Positions 1-8,480 of a stretch of 64,000 nucleotides of DNA are shown here, one piece after another. Position numbers and translations under genes: made by a program. Source of the stretch: Candidatus Marinacidobacterales bacterium (lineage in GTDB: Bacteria; Acidobacteriota; Vicinamibacteria; Marinacidobacterales; SMYC01); NCBI GenBank assembly GCA_965237955.1, contig OZ250169.1, positions 4,480,001 to 4,544,000 of the forward strand. Reading direction: 5' to 3'. A model generated the notes under the pieces. That model was not told where the DNA came from, ran no database searches, and saw nothing but the letters and a program-made list of their open reading frames with translations. Each line of letters starts with the position of its first letter. Within the stretch, counting starts at the first letter, position 1.

Positions 1-834
1 GACATCGAACCAGACGAGCTGCGCACGTTCCAACTCGGCCGCGTGCGCCTCGAGCCCGCCACTGGAAACATCTTTGCCATCGGCGACACCGTTACCGTGT
101 TCGCACAGGTTCATGCTCCCCCCGACGGCCCCGAGGGAACGACGACGCAGTTCGATCTTGTTTTAGGAGACGACGTACTCGCGAGCGACGCCGGTGCCCT
201 CACCGGTAAGCTCTCGACGCTCGGCCTAGTCAGTGGCGACTACCAGGTTCGCGTGCAGCTCGTGGGCTCGGGCGGCGCGGTCGCCGCCGAAAAACGAGTC
301 GGGCTAACGCTCTCCCCACGGACCCATGTCCCTCGGCCCGCGTTCGTCTACCGCCGCGGTTTCAACACCCAAGCGCCGGGACTTCTCGCTCTCGTACGCG
401 GCGATCAGCTCTGGCGCCTCTCTCGCTTCGAGGCCGCGCAAGAAGCCTTCGAGGCTGCCGTGGCCGCGGGCAACCCGAACCTACCGCAGGCGCAATGGAA
501 GCTCGCGACCGCGTACCTTCGCGCGGGTGACGCCGATCGCGCGCTGGCACTTCTCGCACCGCTCGAAGAGACGTTCCCCGTTCAGTTCGAAGTCGTCGCC
601 GGGCTCGGCCTCGGCTTCTACCTAAAGGGAGACTACGAGAAAACTGTCGGCTACCTGGAGCGCGCCGCCGCAATCCGTCCTCCCGATACGAGTGTCTTGA
701 ACGCGCTTGGTGATTCTCACCAACGCCTCGGCGACGAGGAAAAAGCGAAACGCTATTTCGAGCGCTCGCTCGAGCTCGACCCGGCTCAAGACGCCGTCAG
801 CAAGCGCCTCGCTCGCATGGAACTTTCTCGTTAG
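1..834 (+). CDS. TPR-repeat protein, C-terminal part (runs off the window start)
   Basis: Tandem TPR motifs (AQWKLATAYLRAGDADRALALL, LNALGDSHQRLGDEEKAKRYFERSLELDP); the frame is open from base 1. Confidence 0.8.
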   Translation, partial: DIEPDELRTFQLGRVRLEPATGNIFAIGDTVTVFAQVHAPPDGPEGTTTQFDLVLGDDVLASDAGALTGKLSTLGLVSGDYQVRVQLVGSGGAVAAEKRVGLTLSPRTHVPRPAFVYRRGFNTQAPGLLALVRGDQLWRLSRFEAAQEAFEAAVAAGNPNLPQAQWKLATAYLRAGDADRALALLAPLEETFPVQFEVVAGLGLGFYLKGDYEKTVGYLERAAAIRPPDTSVLNALGDSHQRLGDEEKAKRYFERSLELDPAQDAVSKRLARMELSR

Positions 835-903
835 AGCTCAAAGGCACGCCGACTCCCTGCGCCAACGCCACCACTCCTTGGTGACTCTTTTCAGCACGTC
901 ACA

Positions 904-926
904 TTCTGGCTATAATATAGCCAGAA
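904..926 (+). promoter_or_regulatory. TA operator/promoter: perfect 10-bp inverted repeat TTCTGGCTAT-aat-ATAGCCAGAA containing TATAAT (911-916)
   Basis: Palindrome read directly; it abuts the ATG at 927. Confidence 0.75.
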
Positions 927-1220
927 ATGCGGTTCGAGGTCGAGCTCGCACCAGAGGCGGTCCAGGACTTTCGCCGCCTGAAAGCTGGGGTAAGAGCCAG
1001 GGTTCGAGAGGCCATGGAGACTCATTTGCGCCACGAGCCGGCGCGGACGAGTCGAGGCCGCATCAAGCGCCTGCGAGGCATTTCTCGGCCCCAATACCGG
1101 CTCCGTGTCGACGATGTTCGCATCTTCTACGACGTCGGCGACGGCGTCGTAGAGGTTCTTGCCATCGTAGAGAAATCACGAGCCTCGGAGTGGCTAAAGG
1201 AGATTGGAGAGAAGGAATGA
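927..1220 (+). CDS. Type II toxin, RelE/ParE family
   Basis: 97 aa, basic; IKRLRG...YRLRVDDVRIFYDV...VEVLAI motif. Confidence 0.85.
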   Translation: MRFEVELAPEAVQDFRRLKAGVRARVREAMETHLRHEPARTSRGRIKRLRGISRPQYRLRVDDVRIFYDVGDGVVEVLAIVEKSRASEWLKEIGEKE

Positions 1221-1465
1221 AAAAAGTTGCCCTGTCAGACGTGAAAGACGATCTCTCCAGATACTTGCGTATCGCGGAAAAAGAGGAAGTCGTGATCACA
1301 CGGCATGGAAAGCCGGCCGGCATCCTCATCGGATTCAAGTCCGAGGACGATTGGTTCGACTACCGGCTGGAAAACGACGCTCGATTCCTGGAGAGGGTCG
1401 AAGCGGCAAGGACGAGCTTGCGAGCCGGCCGCGGTGTCCGGTTGGAGGACGTCAAGAAAGGATAG
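1217..1465 (+). CDS. Type II antitoxin, Phd/YefM family
   Basis: MKKVALSDVKDDLSRYLRIAEKEEVVITRHGKPAGILI; ATGA overlap with the toxin stop. Confidence 0.85.
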   Translation: MKKVALSDVKDDLSRYLRIAEKEEVVITRHGKPAGILIGFKSEDDWFDYRLENDARFLERVEAARTSLRAGRGVRLEDVKKG

Positions 1466-1798
1466 GAAATTTCAGCGAATGGCCGAGCGCGTCGGGGCTC
1501 AATACTCTCACGCCGTCGAGCTCTGTCCCTTAAACTCGGTCTGACTCAACGATACGCTCCGCAACGCTCGAGCCTCCCCTCGATCCTTCGAATAACACGC
1601 TCGTACTCGGCCCCGCCGACGCCACCGTAATGGTACTGGAGAACACTGTCAGGGATTCCCTCGGGGAGGTCGTCCGCCCTCGGAAAGAACGCATCGACCC
1701 GGAATCCGCCTTCCAATCGATCCTGAAGCGCCCTAGCCCGATCGGCATCGAGCGTCGCGACTCGTGCGAAGAGCGTCCGCGCGCGATCGGCAAGGAGG
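1458..1798. repeat. 341-bp near-identical direct duplicate of 15674..16014 (oriIS-like end plus 3' end of the 582-aa membrane protein gene)
   Basis: Constant offset of 14216; two substitutions noticed by eye; identical shadow ORFs 1530..1793 and 15746..16009. Confidence 0.95.
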
Positions 1799-2742
1799 CG
1801 GCGTTTTTGGAAGCCGCGATACCCCTGCTGGAGCTGAGAAAGAGCGAGGGGCTGAGGGTCCAAGCGGTGTCGATCGAAGAGGTCTATTCGGAGTTCGGCT
1901 TCGGGGAGACGACTCCCGAGGCGGTGAAGAATTTTCTGAGCTACGCGTACCACAACTGGAGGCCACCTTCGCCGCGCTACGTGGTGCTTGTGGGTGATGC
2001 GACGTATGACTTCAAGGATCGCTTGCAGACGGGAGTGACGAACCACGTGCCGCCTCGTATGGTGAAGACGTCTTATCTGTGGACGGCGTCGGACCCGAGC
2101 TATGCCGCCGTGAACGGCGAGGACATCTTGCCCGACCTCGCCATTGGACGCCTGCCGGCGGCGACGGTTGAACAAGTCCATGCGATGGTCCACAAAATCG
2201 TGGCCTATGAAACGGGACAGGCGGGCCTTGATCGGGCCGCGGTGGTGCTCGTGGCGGACAACCCAGACCGCGCCGGCAACTTTGAGGCGGATGCCGACCG
2301 ACTGGCGGCCAGCGTCCTCGCTTCGAAGAATCCCTACAAGATCTACCTGAGCCAGCTCGGCACCGCTGCCACTCGAGACGCGATTCTGCAGAGCTTCGAC
2401 GACGGAGCCTCGCTCGCTCCCCAGACCCAGCAGCCGCTCGTGCTCACAATGAATTGCCTAAACGGATACTTCCACTTCCCGTACTTCAACTCTCTCGCCG
2501 AAGAGCTCGTCAAAGCCAGCGACAAAGGTGCCATCGCAGCCTTCTCGCCCAGCGGGCTGAGCCTCAACGGCCCGGCGGGCCTCTTCCACCAGGCTCTTCT
2601 CGAAGAGCTCTTCAACGGAGCACACCCGCGCCTAGGCGATGCCGTCTTGGCCGCGCAGGAAGCTTATGCCGAGACGGGAGCCTTTCCCGAGCTTCTGAGC
2701 ATTTATCACTTGCTGGGGGATCCTGGCCTGAGGCTCAGATAG
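1799..2742 (+). pseudogene. C25 (gingipain-like) cysteine peptidase, 5'-truncated with an apparent in-frame internal deletion
   Basis: YVVLVGDATYD, DILPDLAIGRLP, TMNCLNGYF and YHLLGDP motifs; N-terminus replaced by the duplicated segment; the expected YxGHG motif is absent between DDGASL and APQTQQP. Confidence 0.75.
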
Positions 2743-2919
2743 AGGCACCCGCACGAATCCGGGGCGGACTTCAAGACACCCTACTGCCCCCCAAACGCAA
2801 ACAGAAGACGTCGAATCGTAATCCCGCGGCGAGCATTCGCTTCGAAGCTGGCCGTAGGTAGAACTGAAGAGCTCATTTCCAGCAGAGACCTTTCAAAAAA
2901 TGCCGACAATTGGCAAAGG

Positions 2920-3270
2920 ATGGAATCCGCGCGGGCTGAAGGGGCTTCTAATCTAATCGGGGACGGTGAGAACGTGGTTTATCTTTCCGCCGCTAGCTCG
3001 TGGGAGATCGCGATCAAATCATCACTTGGGAAGTTGACGTTGCCCGAACCTCCCGAACGCTACGTCCCGAGTCGCCTTGCCGCCCAAGAGATGCATGGGC
3101 TCGCCATCGAGCATGCTCACGCCTTGAAGGTGGCTTCGTTGCCGGCACATTTTCATGACCCTTTCGATCGTCTCATCGTTGCACAGGCACAATTGAGGGA
3201 CTACCGGTCTCACCGCAGATGAACACATCGCAGCCTACGAGGTCGATGCGATGTGGGCCGGGGGCGTGGC
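2920..3270 (+). pseudogene. PIN-domain (VapC) toxin relic, 5'-truncated and frameshifted
   Basis: LSAASSWEIAIK...HDPFDRLIVAQA; the N-terminal LLDT motif is missing; the C-terminal LTADEHIAAYEV lies in another frame. Confidence 0.7.
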
Positions 3271-3422
3271 GACTCCCCGTGGTGATGGCGGCGGTAACGG
3301 GAGTCGCCCCGGGTCCAACGCAATGGAACGTCATTTGGAGAAAAGAACGATTTTTCCACACGTCCCGATGGGTGTTGTTCGTCGGCTCGGAACTTCCGTC
3401 CGGACGCACAGTTGTGAGCCCG

Positions 3423-3779
3423 TCACGCTCCCGTCTCGAGTGCGCGTGCCGCGGCCGCGAGCGTTCTGTCCCTCGTCCAAAGCGTGCTCTTGAAGAGAAG
3501 TGCAGACGCAAGTAGGTGCGTATCGATCCAGCCAAGTCCCTTGCCGTGGAGCTTCCGATCCGAGACCAAGTGCAACACCTCCTCATGGCTCGCCACCGTG
3601 GCCGTGGGTAGGGCCTCCAGCAAGGAGAGGATCTCGTGGCGGTTCTTCAGATTGCCGCAGGCCAGCTCGCCAATCACGAAAGGATGGCAAAGTACCATAC
3701 CTTCGTTCAGGAGACTCGCGAGCTCTGGGTCGCCCTTCCGCAAATGGTCGATCCAGACGGACGTATCAACCAGGATCAC
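3423..3779 (-). CDS. vapC: PIN-domain toxin (VapC family)
   Basis: MILVDTSVWIDHL...VIGELACG...GWIDTHLLASA...LWTRDR. Confidence 0.9.
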   Translation of the reverse strand: MILVDTSVWIDHLRKGDPELASLLNEGMVLCHPFVIGELACGNLKNRHEILSLLEALPTATVASHEEVLHLVSDRKLHGKGLGWIDTHLLASALLFKSTLWTRDRTLAAAARALETGA

Positions 3780-3967
3780 GCGCTCGCGCGACGGCGAGCC
3801 GGCTTGAGCTTCTTCTCGCTACCCCCTAGTGCCGACAGTCGACGAGCACTCTCGAGAGCAATCAACGCTTCGAGACCGAGGCGAACGAGAGCGGTTTTCT
3901 CTTTGACGCCGGTCAACCGCGCCGCCCGATTGAGAAGATCGTCTTCGATGTTGAGCGTTGTTCTCAT
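3776..3967 (-). CDS. vapB: VapB-family antitoxin
   Basis: MRTTLNIEDDLLNRAARLTGVKEKTALVRLGLEALI; 4-bp overlap with vapC. Confidence 0.88.
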   Translation of the reverse strand: MRTTLNIEDDLLNRAARLTGVKEKTALVRLGLEALIALESARRLSALGGSEKKLKPARRRASA

Positions 3968-3968
3968 A

Positions 3969-4003
3969 TGCATCAGTATGCACATTTCATACATATACGT
4001 CAA
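3969..4003 (-). promoter_or_regulatory. sigma70-type promoter TTGACG-N17-CATACT with TGCAT-N4-ATGCA palindrome (vapBC operator)
   Basis: Read directly; the -10 ends 7 nt before the vapB ATG. Confidence 0.65.
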
Positions 4004-4049
4004 GCCCGCGGCCTGCACTCGGAAACGGCCCGGAGTCCGTCTGGAAGTG

Positions 4050-4250
4050 GTCGATTTCTCGAGACCGAGTGGCGCGACGTCGTCGCAGCGTTGGCAGCTC
4101 TCGACGTGGGAGTCCTATCGCGATGTGCCACGCCTCGGATGAAAGAAACGCCTCGGGGAGAGCAGCGGGCGACGCTGTGGTCGATTTTTGAGCGTGTGCG
4201 TTCGGATCTCGCGGTGCAGCGCTTCGTCACGATTTCTAGCGTGTTCGCGG
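4050..4250 (+). pseudogene. Internal fragment of a UvrD/REP-type helicase
   Basis: FLETEWRDVV / WQLSTWESYRDVPRLG*KKRL / QRATLWSIFERVR split over frames with a TGA. Confidence 0.55.
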
Positions 4251-4467
4251 GGCAACGGTGCATCTTTTGAACGAAGGAGAGAAACCCTTCTCATGAGCTG
4301 CTCGAAGCGTGCGGAGCTAGGATTCGCTCGAGACCTACTTGAAGATGCGCCCGAACGCACAGGGCGCCGATGAGATTCGGGCCTACGTCGATCGAGTGCG
4401 GCGCTGACGCACCCCCGTAGTCGACCCCATTAGACTTTCCGACCTGACCAGTGCTATACGCGCGTCC

Positions 4468-5439
4468 ATGCACTCGGGGAATTGGGGGTGGGTGCTCTTG
4501 GCCGCGGGAGTGTTGTCAGCCTGCGGCGACGACGGCTCTCCGATGACGCCCACGACGACGGCAACGAGAGCGCAGTCGCCGACGTCCGATTTTCCTGCCG
4601 GCACATCCATTCGCATCGTTTCCGGAGAGAATCGTGCGCCGATGCCGGGTGCCGAAGTCACCATCGGCGCCGACACGCTCGTCACCAACGACGCGGGTAC
4701 GATCACGCTCGAGCACGATTTCAACGAAGGGACGTTGGTGGATATTGTGGCGCCGGGATTCCTCGTCCGCCAAACGCGACTGCACAGACTCACCGGGGCG
4801 GAGTTCAGCCTCTGGCCTAAGGAGAGCAGCACCGGGTTGACCGAAGCGTTCGTTTTCGATGTTGTCTACCACCTGGCGCGGGGTGGCGAATCGAGCCACA
4901 TGATGCGGATTCGCCCTTTGACGGACATGGCGTTCGTAGTCCCGTCGGGCCAGATTCTCGGCGATGTCCGAGCCATGCGAGCCGTAAACGATGCAATCGA
5001 TGAGATGAACGCCTTTACGCGCGGTGAAGTGAATTTCGCGGTCGCGTCCGATCCGCCGCCGGGCTCGATCTATTTCGAGCTCGTGATCGACCCCGCGCAG
5101 CTCGAGGGCAACGTCGTCGGCCAGGCGCTCCGGAGATTTTCCGGCTGGAACATCATCGGAGGCACTGTTACCTACGACTCCCTCGAAACCGCGCGGACAT
5201 CGGCAACGCACCACGAGCTCAGGCACATGTTTGGTCTCGGGCACAGCGACTCGCGCGCCGACGTGATGTTCCCGTTCCTGCATCGTCGCGTCGAGACGTT
5301 CGCGCCCCGGGAACGTCTCCTGATGCGGCTCATGCTGGACCGTCCGGCAGCGAACCGGCAACCCGACAACGATCGCAACGTCGCGTCCGCTCAGGCTTTG
5401 AAGACGGAGTGGGTATCGGTCATCAGCTGTTACCGCTAG
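4468..5439 (+). CDS. Lipoprotein zinc metallopeptidase (metzincin/matrixin-like)
   Basis: Lipobox VLSAC; HELRHMFGLGHSD (HExxHxxGxxH) followed by Met-turn DVMFP. Confidence 0.75.
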   Translation: MHSGNWGWVLLAAGVLSACGDDGSPMTPTTTATRAQSPTSDFPAGTSIRIVSGENRAPMPGAEVTIGADTLVTNDAGTITLEHDFNEGTLVDIVAPGFLVRQTRLHRLTGAEFSLWPKESSTGLTEAFVFDVVYHLARGGESSHMMRIRPLTDMAFVVPSGQILGDVRAMRAVNDAIDEMNAFTRGEVNFAVASDPPPGSIYFELVIDPAQLEGNVVGQALRRFSGWNIIGGTVTYDSLETARTSATHHELRHMFGLGHSDSRADVMFPFLHRRVETFAPRERLLMRLMLDRPAANRQPDNDRNVASAQALKTEWVSVISCYR

Positions 5440-5469
5440 CCGTGTGCCGTGGCCGATGGGGGCGGGGGC

Positions 5470-5733
5470 TCATTGGACGTCGTTTTCCGCCTCGCGGGCC
5501 TCGATTTCAAATGGGTTTCCATCGTAGCCGTACTTGACGTGGCACCAAAGGTATCGGACCAAGGAAACCAAACATCCGTCGTGGCGCCATTGCTCGACGT
5601 GGGCCCACTCGTGGCGGAGGACGCGCTCGTCGAGGCTCGTCTCGCGCGTCAACACATGCGACAACAACGTAATCGCGAAGTAACGCCTCGGCAGGAATAG
5701 ATGTGCTAGCAACGAGCGATAGTGAACGATCAC
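5470..5733 (-). CDS. Small HExxH protein (DUF4157-like)
   Basis: LRHEWAHVEQW...YDGNPFEIEAR. Confidence 0.6.
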   Translation of the reverse strand: MIVHYRSLLAHLFLPRRYFAITLLSHVLTRETSLDERVLRHEWAHVEQWRHDGCLVSLVRYLWCHVKYGYDGNPFEIEAREAENDVQ

Positions 5734-5742
5734 GAGCTCACC

Positions 5743-6072
5743 CTAGTTGGACTCGGCTCTCCTGCGAGACGTCACCATTTTCTCGGCATCTTCGGCCGCA
5801 ATATTCTCAGCCGTCGTTTCCAGAAGGATTGCAGCGAGCTGCATAGGCTCGACCCGAATCCCCGTGTGTTCGTGGAGCCGCTTGGCAATCCGCTCGAGGC
5901 GCTTCAGCGTTCGAGGCGTGATGGGGACGAGCCGTTTATCACTCCAAGAAGAATCCGTGGGCCGCCCGCCTCCCGGAGGAACCTGAAAGCGCGCCTGTAC
6001 TTCCGCGGCGAGTTGTACGGCCCTCTCGGCCGCGATCGAGTCTAACGCTGACCGATGACAATAGCCTGACAA
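5743..6072 (-). CDS. Hypothetical protein, start uncertain
   Basis: Protein-like composition (GGRPTD...LVP...LERIAKRL...QLAAILLE); co-oriented with the downstream gene. Confidence 0.4.
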   Translation of the reverse strand: MSGYCHRSALDSIAAERAVQLAAEVQARFQVPPGGGRPTDSSWSDKRLVPITPRTLKRLERIAKRLHEHTGIRVEPMQLAAILLETTAENIAAEDAEKMVTSRRRAESN

Positions 6073-6104
6073 CCGAGCGGCCGTTTCGAGTCAGAATAGA
6101 GGGC

Positions 6105-7705
6105 ATGGATCGGCGATCGGCGCTCATCGGGGGCTTTCTCGGGCTCGTGCTCTTGGTGCTGGGTTGGCTCGCGGACATCGCGCTCCTAGAGCGCCGCAGC
6201 GCCGCAGTCGAAGCCGCTAGCGCCGAAGCGAGGGAAACGGCTCGGCTCGGGGCAATGACCCTCCGCGCCGCACTGGCCCAGCTCGAGCTTTCAATCGTCG
6301 TCGGTGCGCCAAGCGAAGGAGTGCGGGTGGAGCGTCTCGCAATGCCTCCGTCAAGCGTGCCGTCTCATGGTCGTTTCGTCCCGTACTCCGAGCGTCCGTC
6401 ACTCGAGCTCGTCGAGCTTCTCGATTCTGAGAGACTCTCGCCGTACGGTTTTCCCGTGGCCGCGGTCGCGGCATTGGCACTCGAGCGAAGGCGTGCTCCG
6501 AACGCGGCGACGAGAAAGGCGGACGCTGCAGCCCGATTGCTATCCGGCCTGTTGCCTGTCCATCCACAGGATCTCTCGCATCTCGCGCAACGTCTTGGCG
6601 CGACGGACGAGCACCGCATCGCAACGTTGCGCGCCATCTTGGAAAGCGCTCCGGAGACCGAGACGTTGTCCCGTTTTCCTGACTTCGACCGTACCCTCAG
6701 CGACGAGAGCGTAAATGGATGGTCTCGACGAGGCAGGCGACGATTGCACTACCGGATCCCGGTGAGCGTTCTACTGCACGAATCGGGTGTCTCCGAGCGC
6801 GTGCGGATAGCGGCACCGTCCAGCAGAAATCGGACTCCCGTTCCGGGCATTGCGGGACTTTTCGTCTCGGTGGAGCCTTTGCGACAGTCGCCTGTCGCAC
6901 TCAGTTGGCTCCGCTTCAGTCTATGGGCAAGTGTCGGGCTCTTGGGTATTGGGCTCTTCGTTGTTTTCCGTGCGCACCAGCGTGAGGAGCGCGCCATTGC
7001 GCGTGAGAAACGTTTCCTTGCCAACGTGACCCACGAGCTGCGCACACCGCTCGCCGCGATTCGTGTCTTTGGCGAGTCTCTCGCCAAGGGCGGGGCGACC
7101 CCGTCGAATACGGAGAGCTCATCGCCAAGGAAAGTGAGCGCCTCAATGGGCTCGTCGACCGCGTTCTAACGGTTACTCGCCTCGACGAAGCTCCACGGCT
7201 CGCGCGTGTTCAACCGTGCGCTCTCGCGGAAGCTTCAGTAGCCCTTCTGAGAGAGAGCGCCACGGCTCATTCGGTCCGCCTCGAGTCGAAGCTCCCGACG
7301 CGAGAGCTCCCGCAGGCGATGTGGGACGGTGAGGCGGTTCGCGGGGCGCTCATCAATCTCCTCCAAAACGCGATCCAGCACGGAGGGAACGACGGCCACG
7401 TCACTCTGGGGGTAGAGAGTGCAAACGACGGCATCCGCTTCAGCGTCATCGACGACGGACCCGGGATTCGCCCGCAGGATCGCAAGCGCGTCTTCGGTCG
7501 ATTCGAACGAGGTGATGGCGCCGGCGCGGGCACCGGGCTCGGACTCCATGTCGTGGAGCAAGTTGCGCGGGCGCACGGCGGTCGCGTGGATCTCGAGACC
7601 GCGCCCGGTCAAGGGTGTCGGTTCTACCTCACGCTTCCGCTGGCTCCGCCCCAAGCAGACGCCACGAATCCAGAAGCCGATGAACCCCCAAAGGTGCGTA
7701 CGTGA
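6105..7705 (+). pseudogene. Membrane sensor histidine kinase split by a single 1-nt frameshift near 7092-7095
   Basis: Two TM segments and H-box FLANVTHELRTPL; the shifted frame is open from 7094 (GDPVEYGELIAKESERLN) through the NLLQNA, DDGPGI and GTGLGL boxes. Confidence 0.85.
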
Positions 7706-8400
7706 ACGGCCGACTCCTTCTGGTAGAAGATGAACTATCGCTCGCCCGTGGGCTTCTCGACAATTTTTGCGCGGAGGGATTCGTGACATATCACGTGGCT
7801 CGCGGTGATCGCGTGCTGGACGCGATCCAGCTATTCGAGCCCGACGCTGTCGTGCTAGATATCATGCTACCGGGTCGCTCGGGGCTCGATGTACTTCGGG
7901 AGCTGCGTCAATTGAACCACGAGCTTCCAGTACTTCTTCTCACAGCCAAAGGCGTCGTCGTCGACCGCGTGATCGGGCTCGAGCTCGGCGCCGACGATTA
8001 CCTTCCGAAGCCTTTCGCACTCCAGGAGCTTCTTGCGCGTGTCCGAGCTCTTCTGAGGCGCTCGGCCCGAGCTCGTGCCGCCGACAGTGGCCAGGTGCGT
8101 GAGATCGTTATCGGGGAAGCCTCGTTCGATTTCAAGGGTCTCATCGCTCGTGGGCCGGCGGGACCGCTCGACCTGACGCCCCACGACATTCTCGTCCTCA
8201 AAGTTCTCATCGAACGACGCGGAGAAGTGGTGCCGCGAGCCGACATCTTCGAGGAAGTGTCCGGTCTCGACTCCGATGCCACTCTGCGCACAGTCGATAA
8301 CCACATCGTGTCCCTGAGGCGAGCGATCGGCGACGACCCTCGACAGCCGCGATGGCTTCACACGGTACGCGGTATTGGCTACCGGCTGGCACGCGACTGA
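7702..8400 (+). CDS. OmpR/PhoB-family response regulator
   Basis: LLVEDE...LDIMLP...GADDYLPKPF receiver; RTVDNHI...HTVRGIGY winged helix. Confidence 0.95.
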   Translation: MNGRLLLVEDELSLARGLLDNFCAEGFVTYHVARGDRVLDAIQLFEPDAVVLDIMLPGRSGLDVLRELRQLNHELPVLLLTAKGVVVDRVIGLELGADDYLPKPFALQELLARVRALLRRSARARAADSGQVREIVIGEASFDFKGLIARGPAGPLDLTPHDILVLKVLIERRGEVVPRADIFEEVSGLDSDATLRTVDNHIVSLRRAIGDDPRQPRWLHTVRGIGYRLARD

Positions 8401-8410
8401 TGCTTGATGC

Positions 8411-8436
8411 TTGACGCCGTTGACAGAGCGCTGACA
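8411..8436 (+). promoter_or_regulatory. Direct repeats TTGACG / TTGACA / CTGACA, candidate OmpR-family binding boxes
   Basis: TGAC at 8412, 8421 and 8432 (the last two 11 bp apart), upstream of RBS GAGGAGG and the ATG at 8481. Confidence 0.5.
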
Positions 8437-8480
8437 CACGCGAGTCCGTTATCTCCTACGCTGGGTTCGAGGAGGACGTT

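Noticed and set aside
707-1216. Long N-terminal extension of the antitoxin ORF
   Set aside because: It overlaps relE out of frame; the true start is the ATG at 1217
1630-2742. 370-aa ORF as a genuine full-length gene
   Set aside because: Its first ~56 codons are the antisense of the duplicated gene tail, so it is a junction chimera
900-6100. Integron cassette array (TA modules and short ORFs)
   Set aside because: Genes are in mixed orientation and no RYYYAAC...GTTRRRY attC pattern was found after them
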